Shown here: positions 9,477 to 19,196 of the stretch, in pieces
Numbering within the stretch: position 1 is the first letter of the stretch
Layout: every line of letters starts with the position of its first letter
Sequence record: PP359570
Reading direction: 5' to 3' (one strand)
Source of the DNA: Escherichia phage ALITA
Length of the DNA: 64,000 nt
Notes under the pieces: generated by a model
The model's database searches: none
What the model saw: the letters and a program-made list of their open reading frames with translations, nothing else
Told to the model about the DNA's origin: nothing
Translations under genes and position numbers: made by a program

Positions 9477-9911
9477 TTAGTTTAAAATTTCTTTTGCAAT
9501 GGTAGAAGCAAGTTTTCCATCATATTGATTCGGATACTCTGCTTTAAGGTGTTTCATCATATCTGGCATTTTCTTGCCTGTCAAGGCAAATTCTTCAGCA
9601 ATAGCTCGAAGATCATCTTCAGATAGCATTTCTGGCAAATATTTTTCCAGAGTGGTGATATCACGCATAGCTCGCTCACACTTGCTAATGGAGGCATTAA
9701 CTTTCTTAAGCGAGTCTAGTTCCTCTTTAGCGTGTGCAATACCAATCTTAACAATGTTAATCATAATATCGTCTTCTGATTTGTTTAGATTTGCCTTTTG
9801 AGTACGAGCAAGGTCAAACTCACCAATAATATTAGTTAACAAAGCAAAAGCACCTTTATCGGTTGTACGTGCTAAGATACGATCTGCTTTCATTTGTGTC
9901 ACAATAGACAT
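9477..9911 (-). CDS. GatB/YqeY-domain protein
   Basis: 144 aa, all-helical; C-terminal ...DGKLASTIAKEIL resembles the GatB/YqeY C-terminal signature. Confidence 0.5.
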   Translation of the reverse strand: MSIVTQMKADRILARTTDKGAFALLTNIIGEFDLARTQKANLNKSEDDIMINIVKIGIAHAKEELDSLKKVNASISKCERAMRDITTLEKYLPEMLSEDDLRAIAEEFALTGKKMPDMMKHLKAEYPNQYDGKLASTIAKEILN

Positions 9912-9923
9912 TCTATTCTCCTC

Positions 9924-10496
9924 TTATTTGCTAATGCTTTGAATCTTATTTACAACACGGTTTATTGCCAGTGAAGCCCTAGGCTCCGCAATACCTGTTG
10001 CATAGATATAAGGATGACCTCTTGGAGACTCCCTCATACCGAATGAACCTAATTCTAAACCATATTTATCCTCTACGTCAACCCCAATATTAGTGGGTAC
10101 TAAATATGTTTTAACTCCATAATAAGTAGAGAAGAAACAGCGCATAGCGTTAGCATACTCTTCAATTGTAGCATCAGGGTAGAACTCAATCAACTCCAAT
10201 TTCAAGAAAATATTGAAATGAGTGTCATCTAAATTTTCTTCTGTACGGTAACATGGTGTTAGTGCCATATAAGGATTACCTGCTGCAAATTCAAAACCAT
10301 CCTTCTCCATTTGCAGGAAAGATTGTTCTGCACTGGCTACATAGTATTTACCGTTAGGATGCCCTAATGGGCGATCCTCTTTATTTTCTGGTAGTGTGTA
10401 CGCCAGTATATCAGCATCCACGAGATATGGAACTTCCAACATTTGTGCAAACCGACCATAGTAATCAATAGCTTGAGCTATTACTTCAACATTCAT
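9924..10496 (-). CDS. minimal class II (IIb, AspRS/AsnRS/LysRS-type) aminoacyl-tRNA-synthetase-like catalytic core
   Basis: Motif-2-like TPCYRTEENLDDTHFNIFLKLELIEFY (compare c-FRxE...H-PEFT-lE-Y), preceding YYVASAEQSFLQ (compare fyaLpqSPQlfKQ) and EVPYL motif-1-like; only 190 aa, no anticodon-binding domain. Confidence 0.45.
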   Translation of the reverse strand: MNVEVIAQAIDYYGRFAQMLEVPYLVDADILAYTLPENKEDRPLGHPNGKYYVASAEQSFLQMEKDGFEFAAGNPYMALTPCYRTEENLDDTHFNIFLKLELIEFYPDATIEEYANAMRCFFSTYYGVKTYLVPTNIGVDVEDKYGLELGSFGMRESPRGHPYIYATGIAEPRASLAINRVVNKIQSISK

Positions 10497-10744
10497 GAGC
10501 GACCTCCATTGCGGAATGCACGTTTAGTAATGTTCGACATAGTGATCAAATCTTGAAGCGTCATATCAGGAAAATGCTGTTCAAGAACACCTTCAACAGC
10601 GCCTACAATATCTGATAACTCAATAAGTTGCATCAGCTTGCAATCTTGATCAATAGCATCCTGAAGTTCATAAAGCTCTTCTTGAATTTTAGCAATAGAA
10701 CCATATTCCTCTTTGCTAATCTCCTTCAAATGATACCCTGCCAC
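10493..10744 (-). CDS. hypothetical protein (possible MazG-like all-alpha NTP pyrophosphohydrolase)
   Basis: 83 aa; EE..E...E.LSDIVGAVEGVLE pattern is reminiscent of MazG-type EExxE motifs; weak. Confidence 0.35.
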   Translation of the reverse strand: MAGYHLKEISKEEYGSIAKIQEELYELQDAIDQDCKLMQLIELSDIVGAVEGVLEQHFPDMTLQDLITMSNITKRAFRNGGRS

Positions 10745-10754
10745 TTTAACCCCC

Positions 10755-13529
10755 TTAGTTTACCAGTTTATTTATATCTGGTAAAAGATTTATTTCACCT
10801 AAGAAATCACCTTCACCTTCCTCTAGCCAACTCTCATATGCTTGTGCATGATTATAGTTACCATCAAAAGAATCTGCAACAAATTTTTCTACAGTTTTTC
10901 GAGATGTGCCAGCACCAAATACACCAAGTTTAATACCATTGATCGGTAAAGTGGTGCTTGTGGGTACTTTCTCTGTTGCAACACGGTTGATATCTATAAT
11001 CTCCTGTACGGTTGTGTTCCATTGTAAGCATTTAACACAACGGGTATGCGCTACATACAGTAGGTTTCGCTCTGCCTCTTCCAGTCCTACCCATTCACCA
11101 GTCTTTTTATCATAGTTGGAAGGAAAATCATTAGCAACAATAACCTGATCCCACTCCAAACCTTTAGACTTGTGTGCTGTAGTCAGTGTGACTTTTGCTG
11201 TAGGAGAATTTCTATGCGTTCTAAGTGTATGTGCTATAGTGTTTGCCTTACCAGAAACTACGATGTTTAACAAGCGTTTAGCATCTGGATCAGCCTCTGC
11301 ACACTCAACAAATTCATCCCAGTCTGCGTAAGGTAATACAGTTTCATGTTTTACTTTCTCAATATCTCCTCTCCGAAGAGCATTAACACTATCTACCATA
11401 GAGATAAAATCCCTGGTATCTACGTTAATAATAATTTCTTCCCCATCTGCAATACGATCCATTGCCTCCATAAGCAAGGTTAAATTCTTGCGAAAGATGA
11501 TAGTGTAAGGTTTTGTATAGTCTACAACATCTGATTTGTAGCTACCTACTACAGTATCAAAGCCTTTACCAACCAAAGGATGACGCAAAGGTTCTTTATC
11601 GCTTAAAATCATATTGGCAATGTTTGCCACTTTGGGGCCAAAACGGAAGCAAGCAGTTAATGGAAGTTCTGCCCCATACTTAGCTGTTTCAATCATCATA
11701 TTAGAGCTACCTCTAAATTGATAAATGCAGTTGTGGCTAAGAATTTCATTGCCAAAGAAGTTAGCAGTATCCTCTACTTCAATATCATAATAGATACCCT
11801 CACTATCTACAATGTCCACAATCTCTTCTGCCGTTACAGTATCACCATCTTTTACCAACACAGACATGCCTTTAAACAAACCCGCTGCCGGAATTAAGTT
11901 ATATTTGGCACTGTTCACAGAGGACATGCATTCTTTTAAAGATGCAAACGGAACTATTTCAAGGATCTTTTGTGCAAAACTCAATGCTTCACGATAAGAA
12001 TTGAAATATTTACGTACACGGTAACGACCTTCCAATTTAGCAGCACTTACGCTTACACCTGCTTTAATCAGTGAAGAATAGATCGGCATTTCACTTTCTG
12101 TCCACTCAAAACTAACTTGTGTTCCTTTACAACCTTGTGCTCGCAAAGTCACTGTTAGCATTTTTCTTTCATCTACTGCACAATTGATGCTGTGCCAGTG
12201 TGGATAAGCAAAATGATAATCTTTATCCTCTAAAAGTTTAAAACCATTTTGTCCGAATTGTTCAAAGATGTTATTGATCCTTTCTTGATTAATGCCGCGT
12301 GAACTTGCTTCAAATACACAAGTAGGAATGCCATATTGTAAACTGTAAGCCATTTCTTTTTCCATAGCAGCTTCACGGTTTTCAACAATATCCAACACCC
12401 ATAATTTCTGTGCTTTTTCAGAACGTGTACGTTGCCCCAGTTTAGAAAAACCTTCTTTATCATCGAATTTGTTAGTGATCCCTACTCGGAAACCTAAATC
12501 TTTCCTCCACATTAGGTATACCACCATCTGATCATCTTTCAGAACATAGGATGAAGCCCAAATACGATGGTTATGTGTCATATCTAAAGTTTTACCTGTG
12601 GCAGTAATAATATTCCTACCTTTTGTACGTGTAGATAAAGTCTTATTTGTTACTTTTCTAAATGTAACTTTACCATTAGAATAAGACTCTACCTTATCAC
12701 CGATTTGCAGGTCTTTCATTGTAACCTGACCATTCTCGGTATTAAGTACCGTGTTTTCCGACACACATTGGAATTCATCGCCCACTACCACAATTTGTTT
12801 TGCAGATTTAGCATTTCGCAGAATAGACAAGAATGCAGGGTTAACATCCTGGAATTCATCACCAAAAATAATATCATAACCAAGATCAGCACCAGACAAT
12901 TCAAACAATTTTACATAGGTGTCATGCGTCATTAAAGTATCTGTGTTAGGATCGATGCGCTCTCGCCACAATTGTTTTGCATACTTAACTACTTCTGTAA
13001 TTAGTTTGTGTTCGTTAATACCTTTTCTTTTAATATCTGCAAGATGTACACTAGGAAAATGTTTACGGCTGATAAAAGGATCATCCGAAAATTCAAACTT
13101 ACCTACGGTTTGCTTGATCATTAAACCGATCATAGCACGAGTTAAAAGTGTTTTACCTCGTTTATCAATAAGATTATTAATCTTAAATTTCTTTGCTATC
13201 TCACTACCTGTACCTGCAACGTTAACATACTGTCCTTCTGGTCGTGACAGTTTTGCACGTAAACGATGATCCAGGAATTGATAGCAAATAGAATGCAATG
13301 TACGGCATTCTACATTTAGTGGCATCTTACGTCGTGCTTCTTCTGCCATGCTTTTATTGAAAGCTAAGTAAAGAATGCGATCTTCTGTACTGTTAGCCAG
13401 CAAATAAAGTGTTGACGTTTTGCCTGATCCAGATTTAGCTTGGATAGTTAAAAAGCGATGGTCTGGAAAAGCCTCCTTAATAGCTGTTTGCTCTTCTGTT
13501 GGAGTGAAGCTCAACTCTTTCTTAGCCAT
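10755..13529 (-). CDS. UvrD/PcrA-like SF1 DNA helicase, interrupted by an in-frame intein
   Basis: Walker A AKSGSGKTST, motif II GDEFQD; motif III split as VVVGDEFQ / CIYQFRGSS by a 346-aa insertion; start set at MAKKE with GAGAGG RBS. Confidence 0.8.
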   Translation of the reverse strand: MAKKELSFTPTEEQTAIKEAFPDHRFLTIQAKSGSGKTSTLYLLANSTEDRILYLAFNKSMAEEARRKMPLNVECRTLHSICYQFLDHRLRAKLSRPEGQYVNVAGTGSEIAKKFKINNLIDKRGKTLLTRAMIGLMIKQTVGKFEFSDDPFISRKHFPSVHLADIKRKGINEHKLITEVVKYAKQLWRERIDPNTDTLMTHDTYVKLFELSGADLGYDIIFGDEFQDVNPAFLSILRNAKSAKQIVVVGDEFQCVSENTVLNTENGQVTMKDLQIGDKVESYSNGKVTFRKVTNKTLSTRTKGRNIITATGKTLDMTHNHRIWASSYVLKDDQMVVYLMWRKDLGFRVGITNKFDDKEGFSKLGQRTRSEKAQKLWVLDIVENREAAMEKEMAYSLQYGIPTCVFEASSRGINQERINNIFEQFGQNGFKLLEDKDYHFAYPHWHSINCAVDERKMLTVTLRAQGCKGTQVSFEWTESEMPIYSSLIKAGVSVSAAKLEGRYRVRKYFNSYREALSFAQKILEIVPFASLKECMSSVNSAKYNLIPAAGLFKGMSVLVKDGDTVTAEEIVDIVDSEGIYYDIEVEDTANFFGNEILSHNCIYQFRGSSNMMIETAKYGAELPLTACFRFGPKVANIANMILSDKEPLRHPLVGKGFDTVVGSYKSDVVDYTKPYTIIFRKNLTLLMEAMDRIADGEEIIINVDTRDFISMVDSVNALRRGDIEKVKHETVLPYADWDEFVECAEADPDAKRLLNIVVSGKANTIAHTLRTHRNSPTAKVTLTTAHKSKGLEWDQVIVANDFPSNYDKKTGEWVGLEEAERNLLYVAHTRCVKCLQWNTTVQEIIDINRVATEKVPTSTTLPINGIKLGVFGAGTSRKTVEKFVADSFDGNYNHAQAYESWLEEGEGDFLGEINLLPDINKLVN
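11730..12767 (-). mobile_element. intein (346 aa) within helicase motif III
   Basis: Begins with Cys (CVSENTVL...), ends ...SHN followed by Cys; block-B-like TxxH (THNH); excision would restore contiguous GDEFQ-CIYQFRGS; size suggests an embedded homing-endonuclease domain. Confidence 0.7.
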
Positions 13530-13530
13530 T

Positions 13531-14007
13531 TCAACCTCTCTTAATTTGTTTAACAAGCATAGGAACAAAGTCTCGTTTTAAAATTTGTTCAATAATATGA
13601 TCAGGTAGCTGTTGGAAATTATAATTAAAAGCTACTGTCTCACCTTTAGGCGTTTCTACCCGCACATATAACATGTTACGAAGTTTATCAACTTGTGCTG
13701 TATATTCTAAACCATGTAATTGATGTAATGCAAACATCAAATCATCAGTTTCAGTTTGGAATCTATCCCTTCCCTGCATCAAGGACAAGGAAAAAGGTAG
13801 ATTTTCCCTAAGAGCCACCTTCTTAGGAACTAGTGAAGGAAAATACTCACCAATAACTTCCTGTGTAAGCTGGATACACTCTTTTTCAAGTTGGTTTTGT
13901 TCCTTAAGTTCACAAACACTTTTTTGTAAAGTGTTAACCTCTTTTTGCAAAGCTGCTAGTTGAGCACTTAACTTTCTTTTTTGATTACGACCAAAACGTT
14001 TAGACAT
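13531..14007 (-). CDS. hypothetical protein
   Basis: 158-aa ORF, coiled-coil-like N-terminus. Confidence 0.5.
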   Translation of the reverse strand: MSKRFGRNQKRKLSAQLAALQKEVNTLQKSVCELKEQNQLEKECIQLTQEVIGEYFPSLVPKKVALRENLPFSLSLMQGRDRFQTETDDLMFALHQLHGLEYTAQVDKLRNMLYVRVETPKGETVAFNYNFQQLPDHIIEQILKRDFVPMLVKQIKRG

Positions 14008-14015
14008 ATTTCCCC

Positions 14016-14531
14016 CTAGTAAAACCCTTTAACAATCTGTATTAACTCGGCACAACGGTTGACCAACTTTTCCTCATACAATACACGTTGTGGCATATGT
14101 TGTATAATATACTCCATTTGCTCATGCCATGTCCACTTTTCTTTTTTGTCTGGGATAACATCACTAGCACGAGAATTATCTTTTAATGTTTGTATAATCC
14201 AATTGCTTGGAAAGTGCTCTCCACCTTTCTTAAATGGTTTATAGTGGCCTAGAGTGAATTGAGAATCCCCTGTTAGAGCACCCAATTTATTTAGATGGAT
14301 AATCAAACTACGAAACACGTAGTATTCATAGATGTTATCCACCGTATAGCAAGCATAATATTTCAAGATGCCCTTATCTCGCGGATACTTACCAACATCC
14401 AGATTACACCAGTTGACATTTTCTGGATCATAGTTGTGTTCCTTAAGCCATATTTCTCTTTCATCAAAGTCTGGGTATATTACCGCCCTGCTTACAGAGT
14501 CAACAAGTGGAGATTGAGCATCAAAAAACAT
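14016..14531 (-). CDS. hypothetical protein
   Basis: 171-aa ORF. Confidence 0.5.
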   Translation of the reverse strand: MFFDAQSPLVDSVSRAVIYPDFDEREIWLKEHNYDPENVNWCNLDVGKYPRDKGILKYYACYTVDNIYEYYVFRSLIIHLNKLGALTGDSQFTLGHYKPFKKGGEHFPSNWIIQTLKDNSRASDVIPDKKEKWTWHEQMEYIIQHMPQRVLYEEKLVNRCAELIQIVKGFY

Positions 14532-14552
14532 TATATTTTCCTTATTGGTTTA

Positions 14553-14918
14553 TTAAACGTTTTCTAAATCTTTTAAGGCATTACCCAACGTTAGAACAAT
14601 AACATCGTTTGCTGCCTCTTCCCCATTGATATTGGTGAAATTTGGTGTGACAAAAGTAACCATATAAAACTCGTCCACCTGGAAGACAGCAATAACACCA
14701 TCCATCTTAACATCTTGACGAAAGGAAAAACCAATCATCTTCTCTTGCAAAGGCATATCCCCTTCCTTCATTACTGCCAGGGAGTTTTCAGGAATGTTAT
14801 ATTTATCTGCTCCGATGTAGATGTACGTAATGTTATCTTTATCGTGATGATACAGGGTTGCTTTTTCCATATCTAAACCTGACAGATCAAATACGTTAAT
14901 TTCTTGTGTAGTCTTCAT
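14553..14918 (-). CDS. hypothetical protein
   Basis: Start moved to MKTTQE (GGGAGG RBS) to resolve overlap with upstream ORF. Confidence 0.45.
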   Translation of the reverse strand: MKTTQEINVFDLSGLDMEKATLYHHDKDNITYIYIGADKYNIPENSLAVMKEGDMPLQEKMIGFSFRQDVKMDGVIAVFQVDEFYMVTFVTPNFTNINGEEAANDVIVLTLGNALKDLENV

Positions 14919-15282
14919 AAATATCCTCCCAAATCCAATAATCATCTGTGTAAGTAGGATGCCTTTTATCCCACTCTGTTCTAGCCCAAGCAACCGCTGC
15001 TACCAACACATCACCATGACAAGGTTGAGGTGAGCAGAAGCAAACTAAATCTTTCCCTTCTAATTCTAACAAATCTTCAAGAGTGATTTTACCACAACGA
15101 ATTTGCTCCCACAACCACTCTTTATATCTTTGTATAGTTGATCCTCGTGGTTCATCATCCTTTAACTTAAAAGGATTTGCAAACTTTGAGGCTTTTAACC
15201 CCATATGAGGCATAGCTCTGCCAATGTACACTGCACCTTCAGGTATTACTTTACCTAAATGGTAGAAATTTAATACTTTCAT
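14896..15282 (-). CDS. DUF4326-like protein
   Basis: VYIGR...ANPF...CFCSPQPCHGDVL pattern resembles DUF4326; start moved to MKVLNF. Confidence 0.4.
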   Translation of the reverse strand: MKVLNFYHLGKVIPEGAVYIGRAMPHMGLKASKFANPFKLKDDEPRGSTIQRYKEWLWEQIRCGKITLEDLLELEGKDLVCFCSPQPCHGDVLVAAVAWARTEWDKRHPTYTDDYWIWEDIYEDYTRN

Positions 15283-15283
15283 A

Positions 15284-15634
15284 TTAACCCAAACACATCT
15301 GTGCAATCAAGCCCTGTATAAATTTATTAGCTTCTTTACTGTCGTAATCAGTTTCTTCTGGATATCCATCTTCATCGTACACAACTGTACCTTCAATATA
15401 CCCTGCCTCAATTAAGGCACGGATCATATCAAATTGCCAGCATGAGTTACCAAATGGACGTTTACCATTAAAACACTCTTCTTCTCTCCATAACGTAGAG
15501 AGTAGTTGTCGGAAATATTCCCGTACAGTGACAGTACCAAGATCTGAATCCTCAAACATAACATCCAGGGCATCAGGATTGCTTTTCTCTACATAAGGAA
15601 TATATTTAACACCATTAATAGTTACATCAAGCAT
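15284..15634 (-). CDS. hypothetical protein
   Basis: 116-aa acidic ORF. Confidence 0.5.
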   Translation of the reverse strand: MLDVTINGVKYIPYVEKSNPDALDVMFEDSDLGTVTVREYFRQLLSTLWREEECFNGKRPFGNSCWQFDMIRALIEAGYIEGTVVYDEDGYPEETDYDSKEANKFIQGLIAQMCLG

Positions 15635-15997
15635 TTATTTCTCCTTATCATCATATTCTAGGAACATATCTGCACGATATGCTTTACGCTCTTCAAACTT
15701 AGCAGGATCTACAACAATAAGCAATACAAGGTTAACATCTAAATACTTCTTAACAAATAGAAATAAATCTTTTCCACAGTTAAAACCTACACCAGTATAG
15801 GCATCCCCATATTGATCTACTGATTTAATCTTCTTACTAACCGTACATTCTATGCTATTCTTTTCTTCTTGGTATAAGGCTTTCCCACCCCAATATGTAA
15901 AGAATTTAGTACCGTCAGCACCAAGTTTAAAACCTTCTGTTGCATGCCCAGCAAATGAAAGTAAACATAACCAAGTGATCATCAGGTACTTTAGCAT
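15635..15997 (-). CDS. putative secreted protein
   Basis: Start at MLKYLMITWLCLLSFAGHA (signal-peptide-like). Confidence 0.45.
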   Translation of the reverse strand: MLKYLMITWLCLLSFAGHATEGFKLGADGTKFFTYWGGKALYQEEKNSIECTVSKKIKSVDQYGDAYTGVGFNCGKDLFLFVKKYLDVNLVLLIVVDPAKFEERKAYRADMFLEYDDKEK

Positions 15998-15998
15998 T

Positions 15999-16481
15999 TT
16001 AACCACCCAATTGCAAATGTTTAGAAAGAACAATATCCCACTGATCACCACAACCGTTATCTATGCGGAACATAATGTACGTATCATCTTCTTCTACAAC
16101 ATATAACACCTCATAGGAATTACAACAGCCTTCCCAATTTTTAACAGCCTCTGGTGTGTCATGTGTAAAAATTTCATTACCATCATACGACCAAAACAAA
16201 GGGGTGAGGTTTTCGAACGTCAGTGAAGTAGGGTTCACTTCATCTTTAACTGCTTCCTCATACTCCTTATGCGTTTGTACTGCTTTAGTTAGTGTACTCA
16301 TGTCTATCTCCTTTTCTCCTTCTTGACTATGGAGGATAGCGAACTCTCTAAACTCCACTTCACGCCATGTTTTTAGGTAGTGCTTTATAATTTTATCAAC
16401 ATCTGCCTGTTCAACATTACTTTTCAAGCAATAGTAATCATGGTCTTCGCCCATTCTACCCCATATGCTATACCTTGTCAT
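15999..16481 (-). CDS. hypothetical protein
   Basis: 160-aa ORF. Confidence 0.5.
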   Translation of the reverse strand: MTRYSIWGRMGEDHDYYCLKSNVEQADVDKIIKHYLKTWREVEFREFAILHSQEGEKEIDMSTLTKAVQTHKEYEEAVKDEVNPTSLTFENLTPLFWSYDGNEIFTHDTPEAVKNWEGCCNSYEVLYVVEEDDTYIMFRIDNGCGDQWDIVLSKHLQLGG

Positions 16482-16749
16482 CTGATTGATCCTTTACATT
16501 GCTCTTGGTATACACAGGAATAACATCGTGTTGATCTTTATTACTTTCATCTGTTAAAGCCCAAAACAACTTACCTGCTGGATGTTTAAAGATATAGGCA
16601 ATAGGTTCCTCTTCCTGTGCTTCTTTGCTACGGATACCATCCCTCCAGGCAAGCCAAGTGTAGATCATCACTTCTTGACGTTCTTCTTCGTTAGGCCACA
16701 TATGTGGTGGGAAGGTTTTATCAAACCATTGCTTAAATTCTTCGGTCAT
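16468..16749 (-). CDS. hypothetical protein
   Basis: 93-aa ORF. Confidence 0.45.
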   Translation of the reverse strand: MTEEFKQWFDKTFPPHMWPNEEERQEVMIYTWLAWRDGIRSKEAQEEEPIAYIFKHPAGKLFWALTDESNKDQHDVIPVYTKSNVKDQSDDKV

Positions 16750-16759
16750 AATCTACTCC

Positions 16760-16924
16760 TTAGCGTACAAAGTTAACTTCTGCTTCTTTCAGCTTTGACA
16801 CTTCTACATAACCACCATGATCATCTTTAATCCATTCTTTTCCTTTACGGATGATAACAGGGTATGTAGAGTGAGTAAGTTTAGGTACAGATCTTTTTGT
16901 TTTAGTGATAGAAATGTTTTGCAT
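16760..16924 (-). CDS. hypothetical small basic protein (54 aa)
   Basis: Unlisted ORF MQNISITKTKRSVPK... with perfect AAGGAG RBS; coordinates approximate. Confidence 0.4.
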   Translation of the reverse strand: MQNISITKTKRSVPKLTHSTYPVIIRKGKEWIKDDHGGYVEVSKLKEAEVNFVR

Positions 16925-16984
16925 AGTAGTCTCCTTAGTAAATTTTACATAGAGTCTAGATTATTTAGTAGATAGAGTCAATAA

Positions 16985-17251
16985 CTAATTACTGTTAGAT
17001 CTGTATTCTGTCTTCCATTCGCAATGGTAAACTTCAACAGGTTCTAACTTCCAGTGTTCAGGAACTAATTCAGGGCAATATCTACAAAAGAGAAATAGAT
17101 AGATAATTAAGACAGGTATTAAATAGTAAAATGGTATACGATCATAACCATACTTACGAGATAACATGTAGACATATAGATAGGGTATAACAATTAATCC
17201 TATAACTATAAGTAAGAAGAGAAGTATAAACCTTAGTGTAGTAACATCCAT
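16985..17251 (-). CDS. small membrane protein
   Basis: 88 aa with two hydrophobic helices. Confidence 0.4.
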   Translation of the reverse strand: MDVTTLRFILLFLLIVIGLIVIPYLYVYMLSRKYGYDRIPFYYLIPVLIIYLFLFCRYCPELVPEHWKLEPVEVYHCEWKTEYRSNSN

Positions 17252-17415
17252 AGTATTCTCCTATACAGTAATATACTCTGTTCCTGCCCCTCCATGAGTG
17301 ACAGGAACAATATCTATAGAGAATACTAACTCGCTTCGCTCGTCACCTTTCAGGTTTAGGGTAGCATGTTTTTCTGAAAAAGTCAATACTCTCCACAAAA
17401 CTTTACAAAATACTT

Positions 17416-17688
17416 TTACATAGGTACAACAGAGTCTGTTTTGAAGTCGTACATATGATTTACACCTGTGATTTTTGACATAGAGATTGCACGTTTAGCA
17501 CCTGCAATTACCTGGTCTGTCTTCTTAATCTCTTCACGGAAATTACGTACAGTTAGAGAGAAGAAACGATGATCCATCCATTGACGATTCACACGATCAC
17601 GCTTGAAGTGACGGAAATCTTCAATCTGTTTATTGCGCAATCGGCGCAGTACATGCAATAATTTATAGTAAGGGTGTTTATTTTTCAT
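17416..17688 (-). CDS. hypothetical basic protein
   Basis: 90-aa ORF. Confidence 0.4.
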   Translation of the reverse strand: MKNKHPYYKLLHVLRRLRNKQIEDFRHFKRDRVNRQWMDHRFFSLTVRNFREEIKKTDQVIAGAKRAISMSKITGVNHMYDFKTDSVVPM

Positions 17689-17691
17689 AAT

Positions 17692-18120
17692 TTATTCTCC
17701 AAATCGAAAATCGTCAATATCATCAAACCATACACAATGGCGAGTCCTTTCTTTTTCTGTTGCAGACATTGTTTCAACAGCTTTAGGACTAAGCACAACA
17801 GGAATGTAACGAACAGGTCGTTCATAATAGTAGCCATACTTTTCTGTATTAGCTGCCTCAAAGACTTTACGGCGTTCTTCAAGATCTTCTATGGTGAATC
17901 CTACCATATAACCATCATGTTTGCTACCCCATCCTTCCTCACTTTCAACAATCGGGATATAAAAGCCGTTACGCGTCCCTGACGCTGGTTCTTCTTGAGC
18001 CTGAAGGCAAGCCTCCCATCCTGCTTTAAAGACGTTATAGAGCGATTTACGCACGTTATGAGTGCCGCTTTCGCTTGCTGGATAGAGTTCATTAAATTTA
18101 TCTTGGATTTGTTGCGTCAT
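17692..18120 (-). CDS. hypothetical protein
   Basis: 142-aa ORF. Confidence 0.5.
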   Translation of the reverse strand: MTQQIQDKFNELYPASESGTHNVRKSLYNVFKAGWEACLQAQEEPASGTRNGFYIPIVESEEGWGSKHDGYMVGFTIEDLEERRKVFEAANTEKYGYYYERPVRYIPVVLSPKAVETMSATEKERTRHCVWFDDIDDFRFGE

Positions 18121-18263
18121 ACTCGCCCCTTAGTGATTATTTGACCAGCTAAACAAATAGCTTGCAGTACAGTAAAGAAGTAGCCTAATTTTACACTACC
18201 TAATACCCAGAATGCAATGTTTGCAAACAAACAGAAAGCAATATTAAGTCTAAAGAATAACAT

Positions 18264-18530
18264 TTAATCCCCTTCGTATTTAGGTAAAGGCATATATGCC
18301 ACAATAGGAGGGTAATCAAAGTGAAAATGATGGTTCACCACAATAATCTTACCAGACATACTTTTATGCACTTCACAATACCCTTTTCCACCATCTTCCA
18401 TTACCACCACATACTCACCTAGTGGGATATCGTATGGATCTTCTACTTTTACCCATTCTGTCATTTTGTAAACTCCTCGTAGTAAGGTAAAGCCTTGATC
18501 AGTTGTTCTGAAGTGCCATTTTGCACCCAC
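18264..18530 (-). CDS. hypothetical protein
   Basis: 88-aa ORF. Confidence 0.45.
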   Translation of the reverse strand: MGAKWHFRTTDQGFTLLRGVYKMTEWVKVEDPYDIPLGEYVVVMEDGGKGYCEVHKSMSGKIIVVNHHFHFDYPPIVAYMPLPKYEGD

Positions 18531-18596
18531 GTAACACCATTGTCAACAGAAACATACCCTTTTTTGTCAATAAATTTACGCAGACAGCCAGTGAAC

Positions 18597-18776
18597 TTAT
18601 TTTTGTAGATCATTTCTTCTTTCCTTTTTGATTACAGCCCCATCACTCCCTTGCCAAACTTCCGATCTGAATTCCATCTCAAACCACTCACCACCGCAAA
18701 AACGGCTATGTTCAACACGTCTATCTTCCTTCATTGCTTCTTTAGCTTCGATAGAAGTTAGTTCGATGTTTTGCAT
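18597..18776 (-). CDS. hypothetical small protein
   Basis: Start at MQNIEL with AAAGGAG RBS (the longer track ORF has an implausible N-terminus). Confidence 0.4.
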   Translation of the reverse strand: MQNIELTSIEAKEAMKEDRRVEHSRFCGGEWFEMEFRSEVWQGSDGAVIKKERRNDLQK

Positions 18777-18894
18777 TTGTTTTTCTCCTTTCATTTGGTA
18801 TGCGCTAATCTTAACAAAATAAAAATGTATGTCAATACTTGATTTGAAATTAGTTTCTGGTACTCTGTGTGTATCGTAACAAAAGAGGTTAGAT
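18777..18894. promoter_or_regulatory. divergent intergenic control region at the strand switch
   Basis: AT-rich 118-bp gap between leftward and rightward gene blocks; promoter boxes not resolved. Confidence 0.35.
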
Positions 18895-19185
18895 ATGAAC
18901 ATCACACTAGCAACTAAGAATATTACAGAAACTTTTGATGGTTTTGGCATTATTATTGCTGTTCATGGGCATAACGAAAAATGGTTAGCCTCTTTTGAAG
19001 AGGACAAAGAACGCAATGTACGTTTGAATGCACCAATCAAAGTTTTACACCAGGTAGGTGAGAATAAGAAACAATGGAGATCATACAAAGAGTGGAACAT
19101 TACGAACGAGTTAATACACAAACTTGACAAAGTGATAAACATGTTCGACAATGCACCAAGCAGTGCAAAACGTGTTTTACTATAA
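18895..19185 (+). CDS. hypothetical protein
   Basis: 96-aa ORF. Confidence 0.5.
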   Translation: MNITLATKNITETFDGFGIIIAVHGHNEKWLASFEEDKERNVRLNAPIKVLHQVGENKKQWRSYKEWNITNELIHKLDKVINMFDNAPSSAKRVLL

Positions 19186-19196
19186 AGGAGAGTGAT

